From: Longimicrobium sp.
Lineage (GTDB): Bacteria; Gemmatimonadota; Gemmatimonadetes; Longimicrobiales; Longimicrobiaceae
Length of the DNA: 64,000 bases
Assembly (NCBI RefSeq): GCF_036399255.1
Contig: NZ_DASWNM010000103.1
Coordinates: 3,121 to 67,120 of the forward strand
Reading direction: 5' to 3'
Shown here: positions 51,570-61,290 of the stretch, in pieces
Layout of the letters: each line of letters starts with the position of its first letter
How positions within the stretch are numbered: position 1 is the stretch's first letter
The notes under the pieces: generated by a model
Databases searched by the model: none
Seen by the model: only the letters and a program-made list of their open reading frames with translations
What the model was told of the DNA's origin: nothing
Program-made: the position numbers and the translations under genes

Positions 51570-52211
51570 ATGCAGTCGCTTCCCGGCTCCTCGTCCATCC
51601 GCCCGCTGCTGTGCGTGGCGGGGCTGGCCGCCGCGCTCGCGCTTCCGGCGGGTGCGTCCGCGCAGGAAGCGGAAGAACCGCGCTCGTTCTGCCGGCGCGG
51701 GGCCCCCGCGCCTGGGTGCGCGGCCTTTCTGGTCGCGCACCTGAACTACTACCCGGAGTGGGACGCGGACGCCCGCGACCCCGCGGAGCCGTGGCGGATG
51801 GCGGAGTGGGAGGTGGGCGCGATGGTGAACCACCGCCCCGGTCAGGCCGTGGGCGCTGCCATCGCCGTGGGAACCAGCCCCACCGGGTTCCACCTGGCCC
51901 TCAAGGGCCGCTACCGCCGCTGGCTGGGCTCCGGGCTCGCGCTAGACGCGGGCGCGGGGCCGATGGTGGCCCAGCATCCGCCCAGGACGTATCCTCACCA
52001 GACCATCGCCGGCCTGACGGCCGACGCCACCGTCGGGCTGACGGACTGGGTGGCGGTGAGCGCCCGCGGCTACCTGTTCCCGGACGGCGCGGAGGATGGC
52101 GGCAGCCTCTCCTCGATGGAACTGGGCGTGCGCGTGGGCACCGTTCCCGGCCTGATCGTGACCGTGCTGGGCCTGGGCGCATTGCTGAGCAACGCCGTCA
52201 CCGCGTCATAG
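51570..52211 (+). CDS. Exported hypothetical protein, paralog 2
   Basis: Signal peptide to ASA/Q, FCRRGAPAPGC, KGRYRRWLG, VGLTDWV, GTVPGL plus hydrophobic C-terminus. Confidence 0.75.
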   Translation: MQSLPGSSSIRPLLCVAGLAAALALPAGASAQEAEEPRSFCRRGAPAPGCAAFLVAHLNYYPEWDADARDPAEPWRMAEWEVGAMVNHRPGQAVGAAIAVGTSPTGFHLALKGRYRRWLGSGLALDAGAGPMVAQHPPRTYPHQTIAGLTADATVGLTDWVAVSARGYLFPDGAEDGGSLSSMELGVRVGTVPGLIVTVLGLGALLSNAVTAS

Positions 52212-52234
52212 CCTCGGCCAGCCCACGGCATCGC

Positions 52235-53347
52235 TCACCCCCGCCCGGCTACCTCCGCCAGGTGCGCCTGGGTGAGGTCCGCGGCGCGGTCCCAGGAGAG
52301 GCCTTCCGCAAACCGGCGGCCTCCGGCGCCCAGGCGCGCGACCAGCGCGGGATCCGCCGCCAGCGAGGCGAGGGCGTCGGCCAGCTTCCCCGCGTCGCCG
52401 TAGGGGACGAGCAGGCCGGTCTGGCCGTGGACGACGGACTCGCGCAGGCCGGGCGAATCGGCGGCGACGGCGGGGGTGCCGCAGGCACCGGCTTCGACGT
52501 TGGCGATCCCCCACCCTTCCTTGGGCGAGGGAAGCACCGTGCCCCAGCAGGAACGCAGCAGCTCGCGCTTGCGCTCTTCCGTCACGAACCCGTCGAACTC
52601 CACCCGGTCGCCCACCCCCAGCCGCTCCACCTGCGCGCGCAGCCGCGGCTCCTCGTCGCCGCGGCCGGCGATGCGCAGGCGGACGTGCGTGCCGCGCGCG
52701 CGCAGGAGGGCCACCGCCTCGACCGCCAGGTCGATGCGCTTATACCGCTTCAGCCGGCCCACGTACAGAAAGGTGGGCTCGGGAAAGCGCGCCACGAAGG
52801 GGTTGGGCGAGAAGAACTCCAGGTCCACGCCGTTGTGGATGACGCGGAGGTCGCTCCGGCGCAGGCCGCGCGCCGCGAGGTCGTCGGCGGTGCTCTCGGA
52901 GACGGCCTGGGCGGGAAGGCCGCGGTAGACGCGGGGGATGGGGCGCTCCAGCAGCCAGGTGGCCGCGGCGAAGGGAACGCTGGCCTCGCGGAACGCCGTG
53001 GCGCCGAACAGGTGGTGCACCAGCAGGACCAGCGGGCGCCGGACCCAGTACGGGGTAAAGAGCGGGACCTTGTTCAGGTCCTCGACCACCACGTCCCACG
53101 GCGCGGCGGCCAGGTGCTTCCGGTAGTACGCCGGCGCCGCGAGCGAAAAGGTGTTGCGGCCGCCGGTGCGGTGAATGCGCATGCCGTCCGCCTCGGCCCG
53201 GGCGGCGGCGCCCGGCCAGCCGGAGCAGAGAAGGGTGACCGTGTGCCCCCGCCGCGCCAGGCGCCCGAAGATCTCGTGCAGGTGGATCTCGGCGCCGCCG
53301 GACTGCGGGTTGGCCAGGTCCTGCCAGTTGAGGACCAGGATGTTCAA
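52235..53347 (-). CDS. Glycosyltransferase family 4
   Basis: SGGAEIHL, YVGRLKRYK, EGWGIANVEA; TTG start overlapping the nusB stop. Confidence 0.9.
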   Translation of the reverse strand: MNILVLNWQDLANPQSGGAEIHLHEIFGRLARRGHTVTLLCSGWPGAAARAEADGMRIHRTGGRNTFSLAAPAYYRKHLAAAPWDVVVEDLNKVPLFTPYWVRRPLVLLVHHLFGATAFREASVPFAAATWLLERPIPRVYRGLPAQAVSESTADDLAARGLRRSDLRVIHNGVDLEFFSPNPFVARFPEPTFLYVGRLKRYKRIDLAVEAVALLRARGTHVRLRIAGRGDEEPRLRAQVERLGVGDRVEFDGFVTEERKRELLRSCWGTVLPSPKEGWGIANVEAGACGTPAVAADSPGLRESVVHGQTGLLVPYGDAGKLADALASLAADPALVARLGAGGRRFAEGLSWDRAADLTQAHLAEVAGRG

Positions 53348-53778
53348 GCCCCGGCGGCCTCCCCCGGGGCCACGCGCCGCATCACCGCGTCCAGCACGCC
53401 GTTCACGAAGCGCGGACTGTCGGCCGTCCCGTACTTCTCCGCCAGCTGAACCATCTCGCGGATGCACATGCGCGGCGGCACGTCGTCCACGAACATCATC
53501 TCGGCCGTCCCCAGGCGCAGGATGGCGCGGTCGATGACGGACAGCCGCTCCAGCCGCCAGTTGGTGAGCGACGCCAGGATGGTCTCGTCGATCTTCGCCA
53601 GGTTGGTGGCGACGAGGCGCACCAGGATCTCCGCGTACGGACGGTTCGTCGGGGAGACGCGCAGGTTGGCGAACAGCTCCTGCAGCACCGGCATTCCCAT
53701 CTCGGCCCCGCCGCCGCGCTGCTCCCACGCGTACAGCGCCTGCAGCGCCCAGCCCCGGGCGCGGCTCCGGCTCTTCAC
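53344..53778 (-). CDS. nusB: Transcription antitermination factor NusB
   Basis: RSRARGWALQALY, NWRLERLSVIDRAILRL, FVNGVLD. Confidence 0.95.
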   Translation of the reverse strand: MKSRSRARGWALQALYAWEQRGGGAEMGMPVLQELFANLRVSPTNRPYAEILVRLVATNLAKIDETILASLTNWRLERLSVIDRAILRLGTAEMMFVDDVPPRMCIREMVQLAEKYGTADSPRFVNGVLDAVMRRVAPGEAAGA

Positions 53779-54254
53779 CGCGCCTCCCGGCCGCCCAGGC
53801 GCGCGTACAGGTCCGACATCTCCATGGCCACCATCGCCGAATCCCACCCCTTGTTGCCGGCCTTGGTCCCCGCCCGCTCGATGGCCTGCTCGATGGTCTC
53901 CGTCGTCAGCACGCCAAAGACGACGGGCACGTCCACCGCCGCGCCCACGGCCGCGACGCCGTTGGCCGCCGCGCCGGCCACGTACTCGAAGTGCGGCGTG
54001 GCGCCGCGGATGACGCACCCCAGCGCGATCACCGCGTCGAAGCGCCCGCTCTGCGCCAGCATGCGCAGCGGCCCGGCGATCTCCCACGCGCCGGGCACCC
54101 ACACGGCCTCGATGGCGTCGTCGGCCACGCCGTGCTGCAGCAGGCAGTCGCGCGCGCCGGCCAGCAGCTGGCGGGTGATGAGGTCGTTGAACCGGCTTAC
54201 GACGATGCCGAAGCGCTTGCCTTCGCCGCGGATCTGCCCGTGATGTTCAGTCAA
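53775..54254 (-). CDS. ribH: 6,7-dimethyl-8-ribityllumazine synthase
   Basis: VSRFN, VPGAWE, GCVIRGATPHF, FGVLT, GNKG. Confidence 0.95.
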   Translation of the reverse strand: MTEHHGQIRGEGKRFGIVVSRFNDLITRQLLAGARDCLLQHGVADDAIEAVWVPGAWEIAGPLRMLAQSGRFDAVIALGCVIRGATPHFEYVAGAAANGVAAVGAAVDVPVVFGVLTTETIEQAIERAGTKAGNKGWDSAMVAMEMSDLYARLGGREAR

Positions 54255-54261
54255 AAGAAGT

Positions 54262-54370
54262 ACCCAGTGCCCAGTTCCAAGTGTCCAGTGCCCAGGTTCC
54301 CGCGGCACGCCCGATCTCCATCTTCATACTCCCGCACTCCCGCACTCCCGCACTCCCGCACTCCCGCACT
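54262..54370. repeat. Short tandem repeats (CCAGTGC-like heptamer and ACTCCCGC octamer)
   Basis: Directly visible between ribBA and ribH. Confidence 0.85.
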
Positions 54371-55576
54371 TCACGTCGGCAGCAGGTGGCCCATCCGCTC
54401 GCGCTTGGTGCGCAGGTATTCGGCGTTGTGCGGGTTGGGCTCCACCGTGATGGGGATCTGCTCCGCCACGGAGAGGCCGTATCCATCCATCCCCACGATC
54501 TTCTTGGGATTGTTGGTGAGGATGCGCACGGACGAGAGCCCCAGGTCGAGCAGGATCTGCGCCCCGATGCCGTACTCGCGCAGGTCGGGGCGAAAGCCCA
54601 GCGCCTCGTTGGCCTCGATGGTGTCCATCCCCTGGTCCTGCAGGTTGTAGGCGCGCAGCTTGTGCACCAGCCCGATCCCCCGCCCCTCCTGCCGCAGGTA
54701 GACGATCACGCCACGCCCCTCGCGCTCGATCTGCTGCATGGCGGCGTCCAGCTGCTCGCCGCAGTCGCAGCGCATGGAGTGGAACACGTCGCCCGTCAGA
54801 CACTCGCTGTGCATGCGCACCATCACGTCGGGAACGCCCTCCACCTCGCCCTTGATGGCGGCGACGTGCTCGTGCCCGTCCACGTCGTTGCGATAGGCCA
54901 CGATGCGCCAGTCGCCGTAGGGCGTGGGGATGGTGGCCTCGGCCTCGCGGTGCACCAGCCGCTCGCGCTGCAGGCGGTAGGCGACGATCTGCGCCACGGT
55001 GACGAACTTCAGGCCGTGCCGCGCCGCGAACTCCTCCAGCTGCGGCCGGCGCGCCATGCTGCCGTCGTCGTTCAGGATCTCGCAGATCACCCCCGCCGGC
55101 GGCAGCCCCGCCAGGCGGGCGAGATCGACCGACGCCTCCGTCTGCCCCACGCGGCGCAGCACGCCGCCGGCGCGGGCGCGAAGCGGGAAGACGTGACCCG
55201 GGCGGCGCAGGTCCGACGGCTGCGACGCCGGGTCCATGCACACCTGGATGGTCTTGGCGCGGTCCCAGGCGCTGATCCCCGTGGTCACGCCGTGCCGCGC
55301 GGCGGCGTCGACGGAGACGGTGAACGCGGTGCTGAGCGCCTCGGTGTTGTGCTCGCTCATGGGGCGCAGGTCCAGCTCGTCCGCGCGCTCGGCGGTAAGC
55401 GCCAGGCAGATGAGCCCGCGCCCTTCCCGCGCCATGAAGTTGATGATCTCGGGCGTGACGGCCGATGCCGCGCAGACCAGGTCGCCCTCGTTCTCGCGGT
55501 CCTCGTCGTCGGCGACGATGACCATCCTGCCCGCGCGGATGTCCGCGATTGCGTCTTCTATGCTGTCGAACGGCAT
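54371..55576 (-). CDS. ribBA: Bifunctional DHBP synthase/GTP cyclohydrolase II
   Basis: [39 protein letters not shown]. Confidence 0.96.
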   Translation of the reverse strand: MPFDSIEDAIADIRAGRMVIVADDEDRENEGDLVCAASAVTPEIINFMAREGRGLICLALTAERADELDLRPMSEHNTEALSTAFTVSVDAAARHGVTTGISAWDRAKTIQVCMDPASQPSDLRRPGHVFPLRARAGGVLRRVGQTEASVDLARLAGLPPAGVICEILNDDGSMARRPQLEEFAARHGLKFVTVAQIVAYRLQRERLVHREAEATIPTPYGDWRIVAYRNDVDGHEHVAAIKGEVEGVPDVMVRMHSECLTGDVFHSMRCDCGEQLDAAMQQIEREGRGVIVYLRQEGRGIGLVHKLRAYNLQDQGMDTIEANEALGFRPDLREYGIGAQILLDLGLSSVRILTNNPKKIVGMDGYGLSVAEQIPITVEPNPHNAEYLRTKRERMGHLLPT

Positions 55577-55619
55577 GGTTTGCCTCGCTCGCCGTTTCTG
55601 GATCAAGAGATCAGATGTA

Positions 55620-56027
55620 CCCCTCCCTGCGCCCGCTGGGGCCCCCTCGCCCGGCCCCTCCCCCCTGGTTCCTCGCGGAGAGGGGAGAAACTTCAGGGCG
55701 TCTCGAACGGGATCGAACTGCGTTCGCGAGGCGCCCCCTCCGCTCGCCTAGGCTCGCACCTCCCCCAAAACTGCTGGGGGAGGTTGGGTTGCCGACAGAT
55801 CGGGGCTCGGCGACTGGCATCCAGCTGGCGCCCGGCGGGGTGCCCCTCCCCCGGCCCCTCCCCGTTCGTTCCTCACGGAGAGGGGAGAATTCGATCGCGA
55901 TTCCTCAAGCGGCCACGTTGGCCGCCATCTCCCACCCCGCTACGTGGCAGGCACTTGCCCGCACCACGGAGCCGCCAGTCCGCGAAGGCGGCCTTCGTGT
56001 GGTTGTTGCAGCGAATTCATTCGCCCG
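55620..56027. repeat. Composite REP-like cluster (B1-B2-B1-B3)
   Basis: Same modules as the other clusters. Confidence 0.85.
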
Positions 56028-56049
56028 TGCGGGTGGCCCGCAACTCAGG

Positions 56050-57165
56050 TCACGGACGCGCGGAATCCCGATCCTGAGGCCGCGCGGCCGAGTCTCCGGA
56101 CCGAGCCGCCACCTGGCTCGAGACGACCTGCTGTTCCGCGAAGTGCCCGTACACCGCGCTCGCCACGGCGGCGATGGACGGCTCCACGTCGGCGTTGCTC
56201 TTCGTGGAGTTGCGGACGAACACGGCCAGCGCCAGGTGCATTCCGCTGGGCAGCCGCACCAGCCCCACGTCGTTGGTCGTGCGGCCGATGGTGCCGGTCT
56301 TGTCCGCCACCTCCACCCCCGGCGGCAGGCCGGCGCGGATGCGGGCGCGCCCCGTGGGCGAGCGGCGCATGGCGTCCAGCAGGAACTCGCGGCTCAGCGG
56401 CGTCAGCCGGTCGCCACGCTGCACCTGCGCCAGCAGCGCCGCCATGCCGTCGGGCGTGGCGGTGTCGCGCGGGTCGGCAAAGAAGCGGTCCTTCGCGGCC
56501 TGCTTCTCGGCGGGCGGCACGGAGTCGATCAGCCGCTGCACGCGCTCCAGCGTCCACTCGGCGGGCGGGGGCGGCGCGCGGACGCCGTTGTAGTCCAGGA
56601 ACACCTGCCCCTCGTACCGGTCTACCCTGATCCCCTCGACGTTCCGCGACCGCAGGTGCGCCATCACCGCCTGCGGCCCGCCGGCCATGCGCATCAGCGC
56701 GTCGGTGGCGGTGTTGTCGCTGAACATCATCATCGACTCGATCATCCGCCGCACCGTCACCGTGCCGCCGCCCGCCGGCAGCCCCTCGGACACCTGGCTG
56801 GGGCCCAGCCGGTAGTCCGCGGGCGCCAGGCGCACGGTGTCGTCCAGCGAAATGCGCCCGCTGTCCGCCTGCGCCAGCACCGTCAGCGCCACGGCGAGCT
56901 TGAAGGTGCTCGCCATGGGAAACGCCTCGCCGCCGCGGAATCCCAGCGCGCGCCCGTTCTCCACCACGACGGCCGAAACGCCCAGCTCCCCGCCCGACGC
57001 GCGCTCGATCCTCGCGAAGACGCTGTCCAGCGCGTGCCGGTCCCCCGCCGCCGTGTCGACGGACATCGTCTCGACGGGGACGGAGTTCTGGCCGCGGTAG
57101 TCCGGGTCCGGCGCGGGCTCGCAGGCCGCGGCGGCAAGCGCCAGGAGGACGGGCGCGAGCCTCAC
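56050..57165 (-). CDS. Class A serine beta-lactamase, lipoprotein
   Basis: SxxK (ASTFK), SDN, DRYE (Glu166 equivalent), DKTG; lipobox AAAC; GTG start overlaps ribE stop. Confidence 0.9.
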   Translation of the reverse strand: MRLAPVLLALAAAACEPAPDPDYRGQNSVPVETMSVDTAAGDRHALDSVFARIERASGGELGVSAVVVENGRALGFRGGEAFPMASTFKLAVALTVLAQADSGRISLDDTVRLAPADYRLGPSQVSEGLPAGGGTVTVRRMIESMMMFSDNTATDALMRMAGGPQAVMAHLRSRNVEGIRVDRYEGQVFLDYNGVRAPPPPAEWTLERVQRLIDSVPPAEKQAAKDRFFADPRDTATPDGMAALLAQVQRGDRLTPLSREFLLDAMRRSPTGRARIRAGLPPGVEVADKTGTIGRTTNDVGLVRLPSGMHLALAVFVRNSTKSNADVEPSIAAVASAVYGHFAEQQVVSSQVAARSGDSAARPQDRDSARP

Positions 57166-57818
57166 CGGTACCCCCACGCCCTGAGAACGTGCTCAGTCGC
57201 CGCGCCGCCTTCGCCGCCCGCGCGCACCGGCGCGCCCAGCAGGTTGCGCACGAACTTGCCGATCATGTCGCCCTCCACGTTCACGCCGTCGCCCTCGCGC
57301 AGGTCGCCGATGGACGTGTGATCCCAGGTGAACGGGATGATGGACACCTGGCAGACACCCGGCGCCGGCAGGTCGTTCACGGTAAGGCTGATGCCGTTGA
57401 GCGTGATGGACCCGTGCAGCACGGTGACGCCCACCACCTCTTCGGGGAGCGAGAAGTCGATGAGGGTAAGCTCCTCGCGCGGCTGGATGCGCAGCACCCT
57501 GCCCACGCCGTCCACGTGGCCGGCCACCAGGTGCCCGCCCAGCCGCGCGCCGAACGCCAGCGCGCGCTCCAGGTTCACCCGCCGCCCCGGCTGGTAGTCG
57601 CCAAAGGTGGTGCGCCCCAGCGTGGTGGCGATGGCCTGCACGCTGAAGCCGTCGGGGTGGATGGCGGTCACCGTCTGGCAGGCGCCGTCGATGGAGATGC
57701 TGTCGCCCAGCCCGATGCCGTCCAGCACCAGCGAGGCGCGAAGGGTGAACTGCACCCCGTTCCCCATGGGCTCCACGGCCGCGATGGTGCCGACTTCTTC
57801 TACGATCCCGGTGAACAC
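57162..57818 (-). CDS. ribE: Riboflavin synthase alpha chain
   Basis: MFTGIVEE, GDSISIDGACQTV, VNLERA, GGHLVAGHVDG. Confidence 0.95.
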   Translation of the reverse strand: MFTGIVEEVGTIAAVEPMGNGVQFTLRASLVLDGIGLGDSISIDGACQTVTAIHPDGFSVQAIATTLGRTTFGDYQPGRRVNLERALAFGARLGGHLVAGHVDGVGRVLRIQPREELTLIDFSLPEEVVGVTVLHGSITLNGISLTVNDLPAPGVCQVSIIPFTWDHTSIGDLREGDGVNVEGDMIGKFVRNLLGAPVRAGGEGGAATEHVLRAWGYR

Positions 57819-58004
57819 GTTGGCCGATTCGCTGGATGCGTGCGCGCCCGCGTCTGTGCTGCGCGGGCGCAAAGTTACGGCGTGAGGGCGGAAGGGGACA
57901 GGGGAGAGGGTACAGGGGGACAGGTTACAGGGGACAGTGGGCAACGGAACGGAGGGGGCGCGATCCGGCGTGATTCGGCCGGCGACTCGGCCGCGGATGT
58001 GATG

Positions 58005-58170
58005 ATGAGCGGGTAAACCCGCTGCTGGGAACGTGACAAGCCCCGTCACGGCTCGCTCACGCTCGCCGGACGGGGCTTCAACGGCTCGTGATCCCTGTGC
58101 CACGCGAGAGCGAGTAAACTCGCCACAACGACTGCGGAAAGCCTCGCAAACCGCGCGAGGCTTCACCCAC
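58005..58170. repeat. Double-hairpin REP-like elements
   Basis: AAGCCCCG...CGGGGCTT, GAGCGGGTAAACCCGCT, AAGCCTCGC...GCGAGGCTT; related to 60163-60243. Confidence 0.6.
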
Positions 58171-58307
58171 GACCGGCGGCCTCGGCGATCCACCACGAGT
58201 CCGTGCTGGTTGTGGGAAAGCCGCAGGTGCGCGCCTGAGGGTGCGAGCCTGGGTGAGCGGGTGAGGGCCCCCGCGGGCGCAGTGCGATCCCGGTCCAGCG
58301 CGTTGCT

Positions 58308-58775
58308 TCAGCCGGACGCGGAAGCCTCCACCTCTTCGCGCACCGCCGCCGCCAGCCGCGCCTGCACCCCGTCGTCCGCACCGATCAGCAGCACCAGGGA
58401 GCGGGCGAAGTCGCTGTGCATCCCGGTTGCGTGAACGAAGAAGTGCGCGACCTCGTCTTCCGGCTCGCCGCGATGGCTGCTCGTCATCACGAACTGCTCG
58501 TCGGGCACCGGCTCCGGCAGATCCTGCGCGAGATACGCATCATCCGCCGCCTCTTCCCACGACTCGGACTCCACGCCGCCGCAGACCACGTAGCGGCATC
58601 CGCTCGCGATCAGCACGGTTGCGATCCGCTGCTTCTGCGCCGCGGGCACGCGCCGCGTCGTCGCCCAGACGAGCGCGGCGTACGGCTCTCCATCGAACGG
58701 AGACGCGAGGTCCTCGCCCGGCGCCAGCACGCGCAGAAAAAACGCGCGGCGTGAATCGGACGCGATCTGCTCCAT
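58308..58775 (-). CDS. Hypothetical protein (155 aa)
   Basis: 6 nt after the ribD stop; natural composition, GCRYVVCGG and VMTSSH motifs. Confidence 0.7.
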   Translation of the reverse strand: MEQIASDSRRAFFLRVLAPGEDLASPFDGEPYAALVWATTRRVPAAQKQRIATVLIASGCRYVVCGGVESESWEEAADDAYLAQDLPEPVPDEQFVMTSSHRGEPEDEVAHFFVHATGMHSDFARSLVLLIGADDGVQARLAAAVREEVEASASG

Positions 58776-58781
58776 CGCGAT

Positions 58782-59876
58782 CTACCGTCGTACCAGGGTG
58801 ATCAGCGTATCCGCGCCGAACGGCTGCGAATCGAGGCGGCGCCAGCGAACGGCGTCGGCCAGCGGGGGGCTGGGGATGGCGGCGAAGGGGGCGGCGCCTT
58901 GGGGGCCGATGAGGACGGGGGCGTAGAAGAGGTACATGCGATCCACCACGTCCGCCGCCAGCAGCGCGGAGGCGAGCACGGAGCCGCCTTCGACGAACAT
59001 CGACCGCACGCCGGCGTCGCGGATTGCGCGGAGCTGGTCGGAGAGGCCCGAGGCAGCGATGATGGTGACCCCGCCGTCTTCCAGTGGCTGGCGCAGCACT
59101 TCCGGCGCGTCCGGCCGGCAGACGGCCCAGACGGGGACCTCGCGGGCGGAGCGGACGAGCTTGCCGTCGAGCGGCAGGCGCAGCACGCGGTCGAAGACGA
59201 CACGTTTGGGCGGCACCCGCGGCTCCACGGCGCCGCGGACGGTGAGCAGCGGGTCGTCCGCCAGCGCGGTGCCGCTGCCGATGGCAACCGCGTCGTAGCC
59301 GGCGCGCAGGCGGTGCACCTCGGCGCGGGATTCGTCGCCGGTGATCCAGACGGAGCGGCCGTCGCGGTCGGCGATGCGGGCGTCCAGCGACATCGCCAGC
59401 TTCAGCGCGACGAACGGCCGCTCCGCGCCCGCGGGCGAGTGCGCGTGGAAGAACACCGCGTTCTGGTCGCGCACGGCCGCCTCCTCCACCCCGCCGACCA
59501 CCTCGATCCCGGCGGCGCGCAGCACCTCCGCCCCGCCCCGGGCCCTGGGGTTGGGATCGTATCCGCCAAAGGCGACGCGCCGCACACCGGCCGCGGTGAG
59601 CGCGTCGGTGCACGGCGGCGTTTTGCCCCAGTGGCTGCACGGCTCCAGCGACACGTAGGCCGTGGCGCCGCGGGCCTGCTCGCCGGCCGCGCGAAGGGCT
59701 TCGACCTCCGCGTGCGGCCGGCCGTACTCCGTGTGCCATCCCTCCCCCACCACCTCCCCGTCGCGCACGATCACGCACCCCACCATGGGGTTGGGCGATA
59801 CCCTGCCCCACCCGTTGCCCGCCAGCGCGATGGCCCGGCGGAGGTGGTGGAGGTCGTGCGGTGTGGGGTCGGGCAT
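58782..59876 (-). CDS. ribD: Riboflavin deaminase/reductase
   Basis: PNPMVGCV, HAE, LEPCSHWGKTPPC, SLDARIA, VEGG. Confidence 0.96.
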   Translation of the reverse strand: MPDPTPHDLHHLRRAIALAGNGWGRVSPNPMVGCVIVRDGEVVGEGWHTEYGRPHAEVEALRAAGEQARGATAYVSLEPCSHWGKTPPCTDALTAAGVRRVAFGGYDPNPRARGGAEVLRAAGIEVVGGVEEAAVRDQNAVFFHAHSPAGAERPFVALKLAMSLDARIADRDGRSVWITGDESRAEVHRLRAGYDAVAIGSGTALADDPLLTVRGAVEPRVPPKRVVFDRVLRLPLDGKLVRSAREVPVWAVCRPDAPEVLRQPLEDGGVTIIAASGLSDQLRAIRDAGVRSMFVEGGSVLASALLAADVVDRMYLFYAPVLIGPQGAAPFAAIPSPPLADAVRWRRLDSQPFGADTLITLVRR

Positions 59877-59917
59877 GGGAGAACGATCAAGGGCCCAGGT
59901 ATGGCGCCGCCGGATCC

Positions 59918-60245
59918 AGGAGCGAATGAAATTCGCCGCTGGAAAGGCGCAAAATCCGCCTGCGCGGATTGTAGCCGCAGCTTCGGCACGCTACGAAAAA
60001 CGCGGAGGACGCCGAAAGTAGATTCCTCAGTCGCGCGCCGGGAGCGGGGCAGCAGAAGGATACTCGCGGCGCTCCTTCGGAATGACATGCTTGCGCGCGG
60101 AGCGCCCAGGTCACGGGCGCCGCAACTGCAGTACGGCGCCTCGGACCGGCCCACGCGAGCAGGTGAAGCCCCGTTTGGTGCCGCGTCAGCGGCGCCGAGA
60201 CGGGGCTTATGGCAGTTCCAGCCGCGGGCTTCAGCCCGCGGCGCG
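59918..60245. repeat. Mixed REP-like remnants (B3 variant, half GTCATT unit, GAAGCCCCG hairpin)
   Basis: GCGAATGAAATTCGC, AATCCGCCTGCGCGGATT, GTAGATTCCTC...TTCGGAATGACA, CCGCGGGCTTCAGCCCGCGG. Confidence 0.7.
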
Positions 60246-60253
60246 GCCGTGCA

Positions 60254-61273
60254 TTACAGCGAAAGCCGCGCGCCCACGCTGCCGAAGAACGTGCCTTCCC
60301 TGGGATCGAAGTCGCTCGTCGAGGGGAAGTTCTCCACCGGGTCGGATCCCTGCATCCAGCCCACCTCGGCCACAATGGAGCCGAACAGGATGGTGAAGGA
60401 GCCGTCAAGGAACGCCGACCAGCGGTCGTTGTCCACCGCGATGTCGCTGAAGCGGTAGATCTGCTCGGCGCCGACCGGCGGGCCGGGGGCGCGGACGGCG
60501 AAGTCGGCGCTGGTCTCGAACCGGTCGTATCCCACGCCCGCCGTAAGGCCCAGCCCCAGCAGGCGCTTGCTGACCGCGGCGCGCGCACTCCAGTTGTCGA
60601 GGCCGAACTGGATCTCGCCGAAGTCGTCGTCCGTGGAGCAGACGCTGCGGTTGTCGCCCGCGGGAACCTCGGTGCCCTCGCACACGTTGCCGAAGCTGAC
60701 GTCGCCCAGGCTGCGGTACATCAGCGACACCGACACGCCCGGCATGACGAACGACTCGCGGATCAGCCCCACGCGCGCGCCGGCGCCCCACGAAAACGCG
60801 TTGTCGCCAAAGTCGTCGCCCACCAGCGACAGCGGCAGCACGCTCACGCTGCCCAGCAGGTCGATGGCGCCGAACCCGCCGATCATGGGCGCCACGCTGA
60901 AGCCCTGCGTAAGGCCGATGGACAGGTTGGCGCCCACCGCCGGCGCGGGAAGGGTGAACTGGTCCGCCTCGCCGTCCGCCTCTTCGCGGATGTCGGGGAG
61001 CCGCGCGCCCACCACGTTGATGCGCCCCGTAAGGCTTACCCGCGGAATGAGCCCCAGCCGCACGCCGCCGGTGCTGGCCGTGCCCAGCGTGGGGTTGCCG
61101 CCGGCCATCAGAATGCCCAGCTGCGGCTGCGCGGCGTCCACCGCCTGCGCCACGACGGCACACTGCTCCTGCGCCACCACCGGAACGCCGGTGGTGCAGA
61201 TGGTCTCGATGTCGCCCTGCGCCGCCAGCGGGGCCGCGAGCAGCGCGGCGGCCGCGAAAGCAATCTTCTTCAT
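60254..61273 (-). CDS. Exported protein, probable outer-membrane beta-barrel
   Basis: Signal MKKIAFAAAALLAAPLAA/Q, alternating beta-strand pattern, terminal ARLSL, two Cys pairs. Confidence 0.7.
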   Translation of the reverse strand: MKKIAFAAAALLAAPLAAQGDIETICTTGVPVVAQEQCAVVAQAVDAAQPQLGILMAGGNPTLGTASTGGVRLGLIPRVSLTGRINVVGARLPDIREEADGEADQFTLPAPAVGANLSIGLTQGFSVAPMIGGFGAIDLLGSVSVLPLSLVGDDFGDNAFSWGAGARVGLIRESFVMPGVSVSLMYRSLGDVSFGNVCEGTEVPAGDNRSVCSTDDDFGEIQFGLDNWSARAAVSKRLLGLGLTAGVGYDRFETSADFAVRAPGPPVGAEQIYRFSDIAVDNDRWSAFLDGSFTILFGSIVAEVGWMQGSDPVENFPSTSDFDPREGTFFGSVGARLSL

Positions 61274-61290
61274 CGTCATCCCCTGGTTGG

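Noticed and set aside
59877-60253. FMN riboswitch upstream of ribD
   Set aside because: No RFN consensus recognised; the hairpins match the dispersed REP-like families
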